Below, one piece after another: positions 13,044-24,285 of a stretch of 64,000 bases of DNA. The notes under the pieces are model-generated. The model was not told the DNA's origin, did not search any database, and saw nothing but the letters and a program-made list of their open reading frames with translations. Source of the DNA: Catajapyx aquilonaris. Taxonomy: Eukaryota. The translations under genes and the position numbers were made by a program. The first letter of the stretch is position 1. Each line of letters opens with the position of its first letter. The stretch lies in assembly GCA_000934665.2 (NCBI GenBank), contig KZ538235.1, forward strand, positions 1 through 64,000, given 5' to 3'.

Positions 13044-14304
13044 TTAATAATGCCAATTGCATTTTATAGTACAGGAGATAATTTCTGCCATGTAGTATTT
13101 TATCTTCCAATGCACAAGTCTACATGTGAATAACATTGACTTTTCACATCCGCCAACAATGAACCTTAACAATTGAACGCTGACTTGCCTGGGTTAGAAT
13201 CAATAATAACCAACGAATGAAATCAGCTCACAGCCGACTTTCTAATTGAAAATCGCCTCTCGAAATCGTCTCCCCAAAAAAAGACTTCCTTTTTCTTTTG
13301 AAAAAAAAAAAGAAAGAAGAAAAATCCGAAAGTGAGAGTTCCTCCGTCACCCTTAAAAGCAAGCCAATAAGAGAAGGGAGGGTGGGTAGGGTAGGGGGTT
13401 GGGGTGGTGTTCTCCTCCTCTTCTTGGCTTGGTGCTCGTTCCTCGGAACGTCACCCTTTCGACTGTAACTCTGGAAAGGACCTCACCTTTATCTGCCGCT
13501 TCGAACACTCAGACTTATCGCTTTCCCCCNCCCCCCTTCTCCTCATCCTATAGGGTTTCTCCAAAAAAAAAAGGAAAGGAAAGGAGAAGAGTGTGCCGAT
13601 TCTCCCCGTCTCTTGAATCAAAGAAGTAGAGAGAGAGAGACGGAGCTTTGGGGGGGGGCAGCCCGCAAGGAAAGAAGGTTTTTCTAAGTGCGGCGGATTT
13701 GGTGATTAACTGCTTCCGATGCTTCTTCTTATTGCTTGGCCCCCCCACTTCACCATTCGGGTAGAAAGAAAAAAAAAACGACATTTTCAATCCGGTCGAT
13801 ACTTGAGAGGAATCGCTGCCATTTTTTGGAGTTCTGATTTTTTTTTCGCCATTATTATTTTTAGGCGTGAGAATATTTTGAGGGAAAAGTTATATTGTTT
13901 GCTGTATGACGCGTACATATCTGGGTTTTAAATGGGCAAATTGGACTTATGCGCAATCAGTTCAATTAAAAAATCATTATGAAAATGATTAAAACTGAAA
14001 ATTATCGAGGAAATGAATAACATTTAAATTCATTCAGAAAATTAATGCATACGTACTGTACATACGTTGCATCACGGCTTAATTCCCATAAAGGGGCAGC
14101 CAGCGCAGCGGTGGTCAGGTTATTAAATTGATTAGGGAAACCAGTCAATTAAAATTTAATGAAATGTAAAAAATAAATAATTATATTGTTAAGGGAATAA
14201 CTTATTTATTTATTTATTTATTATGAAACCACTTTCGAGGGCTTTACCCGCTTGGGGGGATTGTTAAGGGAATAACTAAATTCCCAGATTATCTGGGAAA
14301 TTAA

Positions 14305-14551
14305 TCTATAATATTGAAATCCTTGAGGTGTTTGACCGAGCCCTCTGATTGGTCCGCCGCATATTGTTACCGCCAACTCCCCATTGGCCCGCGTTCTACT
14401 CATGCGCAATGGGGTGTAAACAACTCCTCTGTTGGGTTGCCGGGGAAACTGTCTATTCCTTCTCTGTATTGTTGCCCAGTTGGCACTACTGTAAAGTTGT
14501 TTTATAGGACTGCGCCCTAGGAAAATGCGAGCGGAGCGAGGGTTTTCCTAG
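14305..14551 (+). mobile_element. Non-autonomous Helitron (247 bp)
   Basis: A|TCTATAATATT 5' end; 3' hairpin ctaggaaaa-tgcgagcggagcgaggg-ttttcCTAG|T; no TSD. Paralogous empty site ggaaattaa|tatattttaaatcc near 15075-15097. Partial copies at about 16010-16100, 39547-39602 and 39681-39800. Confidence 0.85.
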
Positions 14552-14584
14552 TAAAGATTTAAATTCATTAAGAAAATTAAAAAG

Positions 14585-14900
14585 AATATAGCAAGAAAAT
14601 GTATAAGGATAATATAGCAAGAAAATGTATAAGGATAATATAGCAAGAAAATGTATAAGGATAATATAGCAAGAAAATGTATAAGGATAATATAGCAAGA
14701 AAATGTATAAGGATAATATAGCAAGAAAATGTATAAGGATAATATAGCAAGAAAATGTATAAGGATAATATAGCAAGAAATTAATAAGGATAATATAGCG
14801 CTCAAGTAATTAACGATAAGGATAATATAGCAAGAAATTAACGATAAGGATAATACAGCAGGTAATTAACGATAAGGATAATATAGGAAGAACATAAGGA
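14585..14900. repeat. 26-bp minisatellite aatatagcaagaaaatgtataaggat (7 perfect units, then degenerate)
   Basis: Direct inspection. Confidence 0.92.
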
Positions 14901-17900
14901 CTCGGTCGATTAAGATAATTAATAATGATTAAATTGATAGTTAGGTAAGTTAGGTAAGTAAAGTAGGTTAGGTACAAATGCAATTTAATGAAATGTAAAG
15001 AATAATTTAATTGCTATAAGGAAATTACTAAAAATACAAATAATACCGAAATTACTTACATCCCCAACTATCCAGGAAATTAATATATTTTAAATCCAAT
15101 CCGAAAATTAATAAGGATTAAATTGAGTAAGAAATTTAATAATAAATCACAACCACAAGCTATAGTAAGAAAACTAACGAATATCAATATCAATGTCATA
15201 AATTAATTCTGAGGAAACTTAAAATTCAATATTAATAAACAATAATTCAAAAGAAAATATTTAGACATTCTAAAAGTTGGCTAATTTTTAGCGCAAATTT
15301 TAGCTCCAAATATGATACAAGTGAGTGTCGCTTTTTCATCCATTATTAGTACACCGTGCACTTTAAAAATTATCCTGGTTGATCCTGGATCAATTTCTCT
15401 TTTTTAATCCAGCACCACCCCGAGTCCCGAATTTTGGTTGCGGCAGGGGTTTTAATGTACGTACGTATATGTGTGTGGGTGTGTGTGTATCTATATTTTA
15501 TTGGATGATGAGCCCCCCCATGTGGCGCGGCCAACTCTCAATTAAAAACTCTCAATTCATATTCATTGTGTTGCGGCACCCGGTTTATGAGAGAGAAGCT
15601 AGGGCTTGATTACATAAATTTCCATGTAATACAAAGGACGATTATTTTTTTGAAAAAAAAAACTGGGTTATTGAAAAAAAGTGGTATTTGCTGCTCTCAT
15701 AACAGGAACGAACCAATCAAAAAAACTGCCAAAATTGAATAGCTTTTGAAGCTAACATCGTGCCAACAATAACGGTGCGATCATGCGAATTATATTGGAA
15801 AAAAAACGTGCTCATACTTGCTACATTTTTTCTAAAATGTACAAAATATAATATAAATTTTTATTCAGACCCAAAAAAATTCTGGCTGTTCGTCCAGGTT
15901 TGGTTGCCCAGTTTCCATGTCAACCTGTCTCTAAGGTAACATCAATCATTAATTACTGCCAGTACAACAACAACAGCAGCAGCAACAACAATAACATAAA
16001 TAATCAAGAATATTAAAATCTTTCATTGTTTGTATAAACGTTATCATTGGTCCGCCGCATATTGTTGTTACCGCGACGCTTTCTATTGGCCATGCGCAAT
16101 AGGTGGAAGCAAGCGCCTCTGGTGGGCGAATGTAGAAACTGTCCATTCGAGCGCTATTGGCCGGATGGTCTACTTCGCTCTCTCCCCACCGTCACTCCCA
16201 GCCTTTTTCGCACGGCCAAACTTGGCCAAACAAACCTACAAACTTTGCCTTTTGTATATAGTTTAATATTTGAACAATGACGATTGAACTTTATTGTTCT
16301 CATCAACTTCATGCTGGCAGTAGGGGTTTGGATATTGTCATGACCACTCTGTAGACTAACGATCTTTATTTCCAGTGTCAGAGTTTTCCAGCAATGTGAC
16401 ATTACCAACGCAACGTTCCTCTCTCTCTGTGCACTGTATTTTTTTTTCGGACGTTGACTCCTGACTAATAACGTCATTGGCCCGCTGAAATTGCGCTGCC
16501 TGGAACTTTCAACTCGGTTCCATTACACTCTTGCAATATGTGAAAATGTGTGGAACTAGGGGGGCGTCCAAATTATGTTTACAAACAGTTCTCTAACAAA
16601 CCGCTCTTTTTGTCCTTTTTTTCTAGCTATTTCAACCAGTCCACTTTGTCACAAGAGTCTCTATCTTTTGCTGTGTGTGTTTTTTTTGTAGTTTACCGGT
16701 TTTTGACACCGCTTTTTTTGCATTCTGGACACCTCAGGCTTCATAGTTGCTCCTGGTTTTATTATTAGGTCCGGTTTCATTCCACTGGGTTCCACGGGGG
16801 GGGGGGGGGGGGGGCAANNNNNNNNNNNNNNGCTATTTTTGTTTTTAATGTGGTCCCTCGATTTGTCAAAAGAGGATCCTTTGTGTATAATTGATACTCG
16901 TTTTCCAGTCTGGACTAGTGTTAGGCCCGTTTCAAAAAAACTGCTATCCGTTAAATTTTCAGAAGCAAACGCAGGTCATTACTCCTGGTTTAAAATCCGA
17001 GTCTGGTTTTAAGTATAAATTGATGGCACTATTTTAGTACAAAAATTTGGCAAATTTTGTTACGCATTTTTTTGCATCTCTAACAGATTTTATACTTGGT
17101 AAATACAGTATAAAAATATAACTTTTGCCAACTGATAATTTCCACTGAAAACCCGGATCTTTTGACAATATTTATTTTACATTAATGGAAAATATTAAAA
17201 ATTAACTATTGCACCAGATTTTAAAAATCATTAATTTATAGTCTAAATATTAAATAAAATCCAACTACTGTGATGACTATAGTGTACACAGTACATATTG
17301 CCATCTCGCTATAAAATGTATATCTGGCGGAATAAAAGACTACCTCCAGAACAAGTAGGCTACGTTTATCATATAAATAAATAAGTAGACATACATTGAG
17401 CGCCCATCATATAAATAAATAAGCAAACAGACAAACATTCTTTTTGAGCACCCAAAATCGTAGTAATGAATAAATAAATACTCGGCAAATAATATTTTCA
17501 ATGACTTGGATCATCTTTCTCTATGAAAATGTACCAACATTTAATGCAATTGATAGAGACGTCTCTGGGCCACAGGCAACCTAGTCTCCTCCTATCGGCC
17601 TTTGACGAAAGCTTGGAACGTAGCATATAACCCTTAAGAGCCTAAGGCCATCAGGGAGCATCAAAATCCGCTCCTAATCGTCAAAGGCAGACAGCATATT
17701 GTAAGCGACGTCCAAAAAATTATTGGATTGGTCCCCAGTTTGAAGCGAAAAGCTCAGGTATTCACGGCTTCTTGTACCTTCTCTCTCTCAGCCTTCTTCT
17801 TCTTCTTCTTTTCTTCTTATATATAAAACCCAGGCATTCGATAGGGATCTTCCTTCTCCGCCTTCCATTCCTTCGATAACCTTGTTCTCTTCCACTCCAA

Positions 17901-20900
17901 ACTGCCACGTGGGTTTTATTTCTCATCGGGCGAAGATCCTATCATGCTCTAAGTCCGGAAACGGCAGGGAACAATTTGATTTTGGATGAAAAGAGGGGAA
18001 GGGAGAGGAAGAGGGAAGCTTTCGGTCCAAAGTCTTTGCCTTTGCACCAAGGGGACGGGGGGGTTGGGGGGGAGGGATATAAGAAGGAGGACACATAGGT
18101 ATTCTTGGGTGTGCAAGACGATATCCTCTGGCTCCTCCTTAGGGACCACCCAAAACATATTGACTCTAAAAGGCTCCTGACGGGAACCTCCCCCAAGAAA
18201 ATAAGGGATGAGAAACCTTGCTGCACAAGAAGATTCACACTTTGCAAGTCTAGGTTTCTAGCCTGTTTCAGCCCCCCCCCCCTTTCCTTTAATGGATTAT
18301 GTTGATGGAGACAGTTGCGGTGGCAGACACTTCCATTCTAGTCTACATGTAATTATAGTGGAAGATCCCTTACGTTTGATCGCTCTTTGCTCGAAATAGA
18401 TCCTGAACTAGTCGCATTATACCAGCTGCTCTAATAGAACCCGATTTCCATCTCAGAAATTCATTCTTTTGGAGCTGAGTCGTAGATATGCTGTTGGCTT
18501 CCATGGAAATATCCTCACATAACAATACGAGTAAACAGTGTCAACAAAAACCAACTATGGAGATGACGTCATATCGTTCTCTCGTTTTCCGTACATGAGG
18601 TGTTCAGGTCCAAATTGGCAAAAATTAGGCTTGTCAAGTTTTTCCCCTAAAGTACCTCTAATCCAATTTGCTTTTAAAAAAATTTAAGGAGTGTAAGTAA
18701 ATATCACAATTTTATCTTGCTATAACTCAAGTAGCCTCAATAATAGTGCCATCATTTCCGATTATTCTGATACTCCCAACAGCCCCCCCACTCCGAATAT
18801 TCAGCTCTTCCAACTTCCTCCTCCTTCCTTCCCTCCCCATCTGGCCGCAACTACTTCTACAAGGCGTCTAGGGAGCGTCGGGTGTTTACGGCGTGAAATA
18901 TGACCCAGGAATTGGGTGTCTGGGGCGCGACATATCCAGAGCCCCCCCTTGCACCATAGTGGGTGGCTTCAAAAGCCTGCAGGGCGTCCCCCCAGGGGTC
19001 TCCGCATAGGACGATGCTCACTAGGGTACGCCTCTCTACCAGATATGGGCGAAAGAAGAAGGCACCTCCCGACCTTCTACTAGAGACAATAAATTTTCCT
19101 TCCCCCCCCCCCCTTTTTCCTTTGGCGTGACCTGCAGGCAAAAAGGTATCCCCACGAGTGGCCTACAGTGTTGCGGACTCTGTGCACAGGTACCATTCCT
19201 TATCCGTGAAGATGTTAATAATTTAGGTGCACCCCATGCCTCACTCGCTTGTTTCTTTTTTTTGGGAGGGGGGGGGGGGTAGCTTTTTCTTGAAGCGAGG
19301 TTTGTTCGCTTTTTCTTACTCTGGAGGGATTTGTACTTCCGTGCCTGGATGGCGGGAATGCTTAAGTGGCCAGTGCTGCCCGTGATCAACTTTTCATGCT
19401 CTAAAGTGCACGTATTTTTTAAGTTAAGAAAAATACATAGTGCGCATGAATATGAATTAGGGAGTAATTAGTCTAATGTGGCTTGTAAAGTTTTGGCGCC
19501 CCATATTTCGTAATTACTACTGTTGTTGAATGGGTAACTGCAACAATGGGCAATATGTTGGACTCGTACTGTACACACACACAATTTAGCCAATAAAAAT
19601 AAACTTAACATAATTTTGAATAAATAAATGTTATAAAATTCAGGTGGACTAATTTGTTGTAATTGGTCATTCGATAAACTACACATCAAAATTGCAGCAA
19701 AAAATGACACTGTTGGAAAAATTGTACAAAATTCGCAGTATACCATAATCTAACCTAACATTTTTACCTATACTCCAACCATCATGACTGCAAGTTTTTT
19801 GAACAGAAAAATCATTTTCAGAACACTCTTTTTCAAGCTTCAGTTCGCTCAATACGTCAGGGCTAATGGGAGATGTAGGTAAGTTACTGTTCATGTAGCG
19901 CAATCCAATAACCAGGATCAATAGAGTACATCCAGAAAAAGGAGGCCTTTTTACGCACTGTATGACCTAAAAATACACTGTCGGCACGTAAGTCATGGGG
20001 AGATTCCTTATCTGGAAATAGTGCCCTATTTTTATGCTGTTGTTTCGGGGGGGGGGGACTCAAAGCATGCTTCTGACTAAATTATTCATCAGGAGGGGGG
20101 TCATAAGTTATTGAGAAAACGAACTATGTTGCTGACTTCAATTTACTGTAAACTGTTCCTAGAAAAGACATGCAGTATGGCAGGAGACAAATTAGTTTTT
20201 TTGTTTTGGAGAAGTATGAACACACTGGCACACTATGTTATGCTGGCAGAATTATTTCAAGCCATACTATGTTTTCTTATAAATGTTGTCATACAAAGTT
20301 GATCTTTTAAAATATTAGTTATGTGGGGGTGAAGGATATCCCATTTATGGATATATATATATAATGATTATTATTCATGAATAAAATAATGCTCAAAATA
20401 TGCTACAATATGTTCAAAGCATGTTTGAAATATTCTTGCAAAATATATGCCCAAAATATATACCATTTTTTAATATTATTATTTTACGAACATAATTATT
20501 CTGTTTGAGGCCATAGGCCTCATTGGGGGTATATGCCAAAAAATACTTCAATGGCCCAAAAACATTCTAATATATGTTACAAATGGCTAAATAAATTATT
20601 CTTAAGAAATATGAACATATAAAATAATATTCCCAAAATTGCTCATTACAATATTCTTGAGTTTGTGACTTTTCGATTCATTTATGAGTAAATTTTTCCT
20701 TTAATTACAATCTAAAAATGCATTGAATTTCAATAACTCCTTTTCCTTTCATCATGCTTGTTTTCCCTATTTTCAATTGAAATTTCACCTGTGTGAATCC
20801 AACCCTTGCCTTGCATACCTGCCGACAATAAATTGTCATATTTGTCCCTCCCTGTAAACCTCCCTTGGGCTTAGTCCAACACTGCTGGGAAACAGTCATA

Positions 20901-21463
20901 ATAATAAATGACGATATCAAAGAGGCAAGGAAAAGCCCCTTTTGCTTTTCGACATATTATCCTCTCTGCTTTACAGGGCATAAATTTATCCAAGGGGGTT
21001 GTCTAGGTCTGAAGCAAAAAAAAGAGGGTTTTACTTGAATTCCTCTAAAATTTTGCTCCACTGCCCCTACTGCATTTATTACCTTGTTAACTTACCTTTT
21101 CCTCCAGCTATATATTTTGAGCTAACTGTCGGTCCCGTTTGCCTCTAAATGCACAGAACGTCACATTTCAGAAACTGATGCCAAGATCTTCTTTTTTTGA
21201 TGGATTGTGAAAGTCAGGTGCACTTTCCTTGCGAGCCAAAGGAAAAGAGCCGAGCTCTCTTTTGATAGATCTAGACTGCTCCACCCTTTTTCTTAGGGTT
21301 CATTGAAGAAGCCAGGGTTAATGTTCTTGAAGTATACACGCGGCTTTCCTTTAGGTGTGTGATATCTATTGGCTCTTGATTGATTGAAAAAGTGTGGATA
21401 TTGACCAATCAAAGTTAATAAAATGTCCAAAATGTGTGTCTATGTCTGTATGCTTGACAGTTT

Positions 21464-21775
21464 AACCGAACTGAACAGATCAGAACAGAACCTAACCGTA
21501 ATCTAATCGAACCAAACCGATCAGACCCAAACAGAATTGTTCAGACCCGTACAGAACCAATGACATTCGAACTGAACTGATCTGAACTGTTCTGAACCGT
21601 TCAGGCCCGAACAGACACGAACAGACCCGAACAGAACCGAACCTAACCTTAATCTAACCGAACCGAACCGATCAGACCCAAACAGAACCGATCAGACCCG
21701 ATCAGACTCGAACAAAACAAATCAGAACCAAACAGAACTTACTCTAACCTAACCTAACCTAATCTAACCTAACCT
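21464..21775. repeat. Degenerate 5-bp repeat (aaccg/aacag/atcag/acccg) ending in (CCTAA)n
   Basis: 5-bp period throughout; 21744-21775 is ctaacctaacctaacctaatctaacctaacct, i.e. TTAGG-type repeats on the minus strand. Confidence 0.8.
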
Positions 21776-22468
21776 CTTATTGTGATCAATCGGATCGATG
21801 CTCAGGTTGGCGGATATTAGACCTCTGAATAGAGGGCAAATGGTTAGACCTATAAGAAAAAGTCGGGAGGTCGACTTCCCGTTGCAAACACACCTCCTTC
21901 TCTTCTTCTTCGTTTTTTAGTGAAAGAGGAAAAATTCAGATAAGGACCGACAAATGGAGAAAGCTTGTGTGTAAGGAGAGGGGGGGGGGGGTGGGTAGAA
22001 ATCGATTTGGTTTTATCTCCATTGGAAGGTTCGTCCCTTTAAAGAGGGGGTCCTGAATGTGGAAGCAACTCTCCCAAAAACGCAGGTAATGCTTTTTATC
22101 ATCAGTGATAAATGACTCTATGATTACTCTTTCAATCTACAGGGTGAGACACACGGACAAAAAAAAGGAAAATTCCGGTCAACGAAAATCCGTGTGCCAT
22201 AAGTCAAACGAAGCGACATGTCTTCTCAGGTTCGAGGTTGATAAATGATATCGCTATCACCAAACACCCTCCTATGCTATGTTAGACGTCAATCAAATAA
22301 AAAAACTCTGAAGAATCTACCCTGTTCGATAGTACATGCTATAGACGTTGGAAGAAGGTTCGACCGAACAGGGATTGACAGAATCAGTTGCGTCTCCCTG
22401 TGGGTAAGAACCTAACTTTCTCCTGGTTTCCAAAGTCCCCCAAAGCGACAGTAAAAATTTGCACATAC

Positions 22469-22575
22469 CTTGTGATTCCCAAGATGCTCGACGACACAGG
22501 GTAGAGACACGTCTCGGCCCACAGCGACCGTCACGTTCGGAATGGGCTCCGCGAATTTTGGCCCCTGGGTGAAGG
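22469..22575 (-). CDS. DIP-delta: Internal coding exon: N-terminal part of Ig domain 1 of the same DIP gene (not shown in the ORF track)
   Basis: Minus strand ttttttctgtctttgcag|CC TTC ACC CAG...AAT CAC AAG|gtatgt. 107 nt = 2 + 35 codons: FTQGPKFAEPIPNVTVAVGRDVSLPCVVEHLGNHK. It contains the first Ig Cys and ends in phase 0, joining the 6400 exon as ...HLGNHK-VAWIHID..., the typical DIP sequence. Confidence 0.92.
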
Positions 22576-23761
22576 CTGCAAAGACAGAAAAAAATTCATT
22601 GACTCTTCAATTTTTATTTTATTTATCTATGTGAGGTTAAACATGACTGACTATACAACCTAATTATCCGAATATTATAAAGGGGCAACTGATTAGGGGT
22701 CCAACAAGCTACAAAAAGAACCACGAATTTGGAACACCCTGTTCGAACGGTTACGTGTAAAACCACTATTGCTGCTCTTATTTGTTTAAACGTAACCGTT
22801 GACGTTGATAGGGATTGACGTAACGTTAGCTGCCTTATCTGGGCATTGTGATAGACGATTATATCGTCCGCATTCATCTACCAAAAAAAGGCGATGATTT
22901 AAAGCGGCGCGATTACCGGCGTGTAAAAATCCGCTTCGGTTACCTGATCGGAATGCATTGGTCCAAAACCAGTCAGTGCCAATCCCATCCAGCTTTAGAT
23001 AATCTCTTCTACTAACATGGCTTTCCGAACAAAAAGTATAGGGGGGGGGGGGAAATGTGACCTCACATGATGTAGTGCAAGATGGTGCTTCTTGCAATAC
23101 TAGCAACCAATCAGAAGTGACAGCAGAATCGCTCAACAATTTATTGCAACCTTCAAAACTTTCCAATCTACTAAAAAGCCTGGTCTATACCAGCATAGAA
23201 ATTTTTGAATATTCGAACTATATTTCCAACCCTGCAACAAAAATGCATTTCCGATCATTAATTACCCAGTTACAAGCGCCCTTTGTTTTGACTGGCATGG
23301 AACATGCATTAATTTTTACATGAAAGGTATATCAATTAAACACAGTCCAGTGGGGTCACTTATTGGTTACATATTTAAATGAACTCCCCGAAAGGGTGGG
23401 AAAAGTGCGATTTTTTTGCAAATTGTATTCATATTTTCAACCCATTTTAAAAACCCTGCACTTCGACCCTGTGGGCAGGGCTTAAAATCTGCATGCATTC
23501 GCCCCAAATTTTTGACAGCTCTTTGTTGCATACACCGGTTTTTAAAATAATCGCATTAACCTGACATCATACAGGTCTGAAACCGGTTGACAATACCTAT
23601 TTTACTATATCGATTCAAAATATCCAATTGCACTTTAACCCGTAGTGAGGTGAGGTGCAACTGACCCCCAAGGCCTCATTTTTGCATTAAGCTGCATGTG
23701 CTCTAACATTTGAGGCGCATGTAGTACCACTACCTGACAGAGAGGGGCAGCAGTATACATT

Positions 23762-24285
23762 TGCGCCATCTACGTGTGAAATATGGTACTACCTTGACAG
23801 TCCGGGCAATTTTGTTATTTTTGACAAAGACAGGGTCATCGACAAATGCACTGTCGCATAGAACGAATCCGCCTTTGGAAGCCATGCGCGACCCCGAAAG
23901 TGGCAGTGCAGATTGGCCATCTACGTGAGGGGGTATGGTACTGCGTTACCTTATACTTTATTTGGACAGTCCGGGACAGTTTTGTTATATTTGTGACAAT
24001 GTAGGACATCAACACATGAACTGTCGCGTAGAATGAACCCTCCTTTGGAAGCCTCTCACGACGCTGAGATTGACGGTAGTGTGCAGATGAGCCATCTACG
24101 TGATGGGTACGGTACTGTTACCTTTCCTTACCTAGACAGTCCGGGACAGTTTTGTTATCTTTGTAAAAATGAGGGGCATCAACGCATGAACTGTCGCGTC
24201 CTTCTATGTGAGGATTATGGTCCTACGCGGCATCTATGTGATAGGTATGGTACTACGCATCATATATGTGACGTATATGGTACTG
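23762..24285 (+). repeat. 170-bp tandem repeat x3 belonging to a dispersed family (gccatctacgtg...tggtact...gacagtccggg...ttttgttat)
   Basis: Homologous positions at 23813, 23983 and 24153. Related pieces at about 2899-2926(-), 29165-29245(-), 31990-32070(-), 34760-35150, 42165-42412, 43020-43060 and 57900-57965. Confidence 0.85.

Larger units (their letters stand above)
6401..22468 (-). other. 16,068-nt GT-AG phase-0 intron splitting Ig domain 1
   Basis: Bounded by the gtatgt donor and the ttggcag acceptor of the two exons above; the reading frame is continuous across the junction. Confidence 0.88.
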
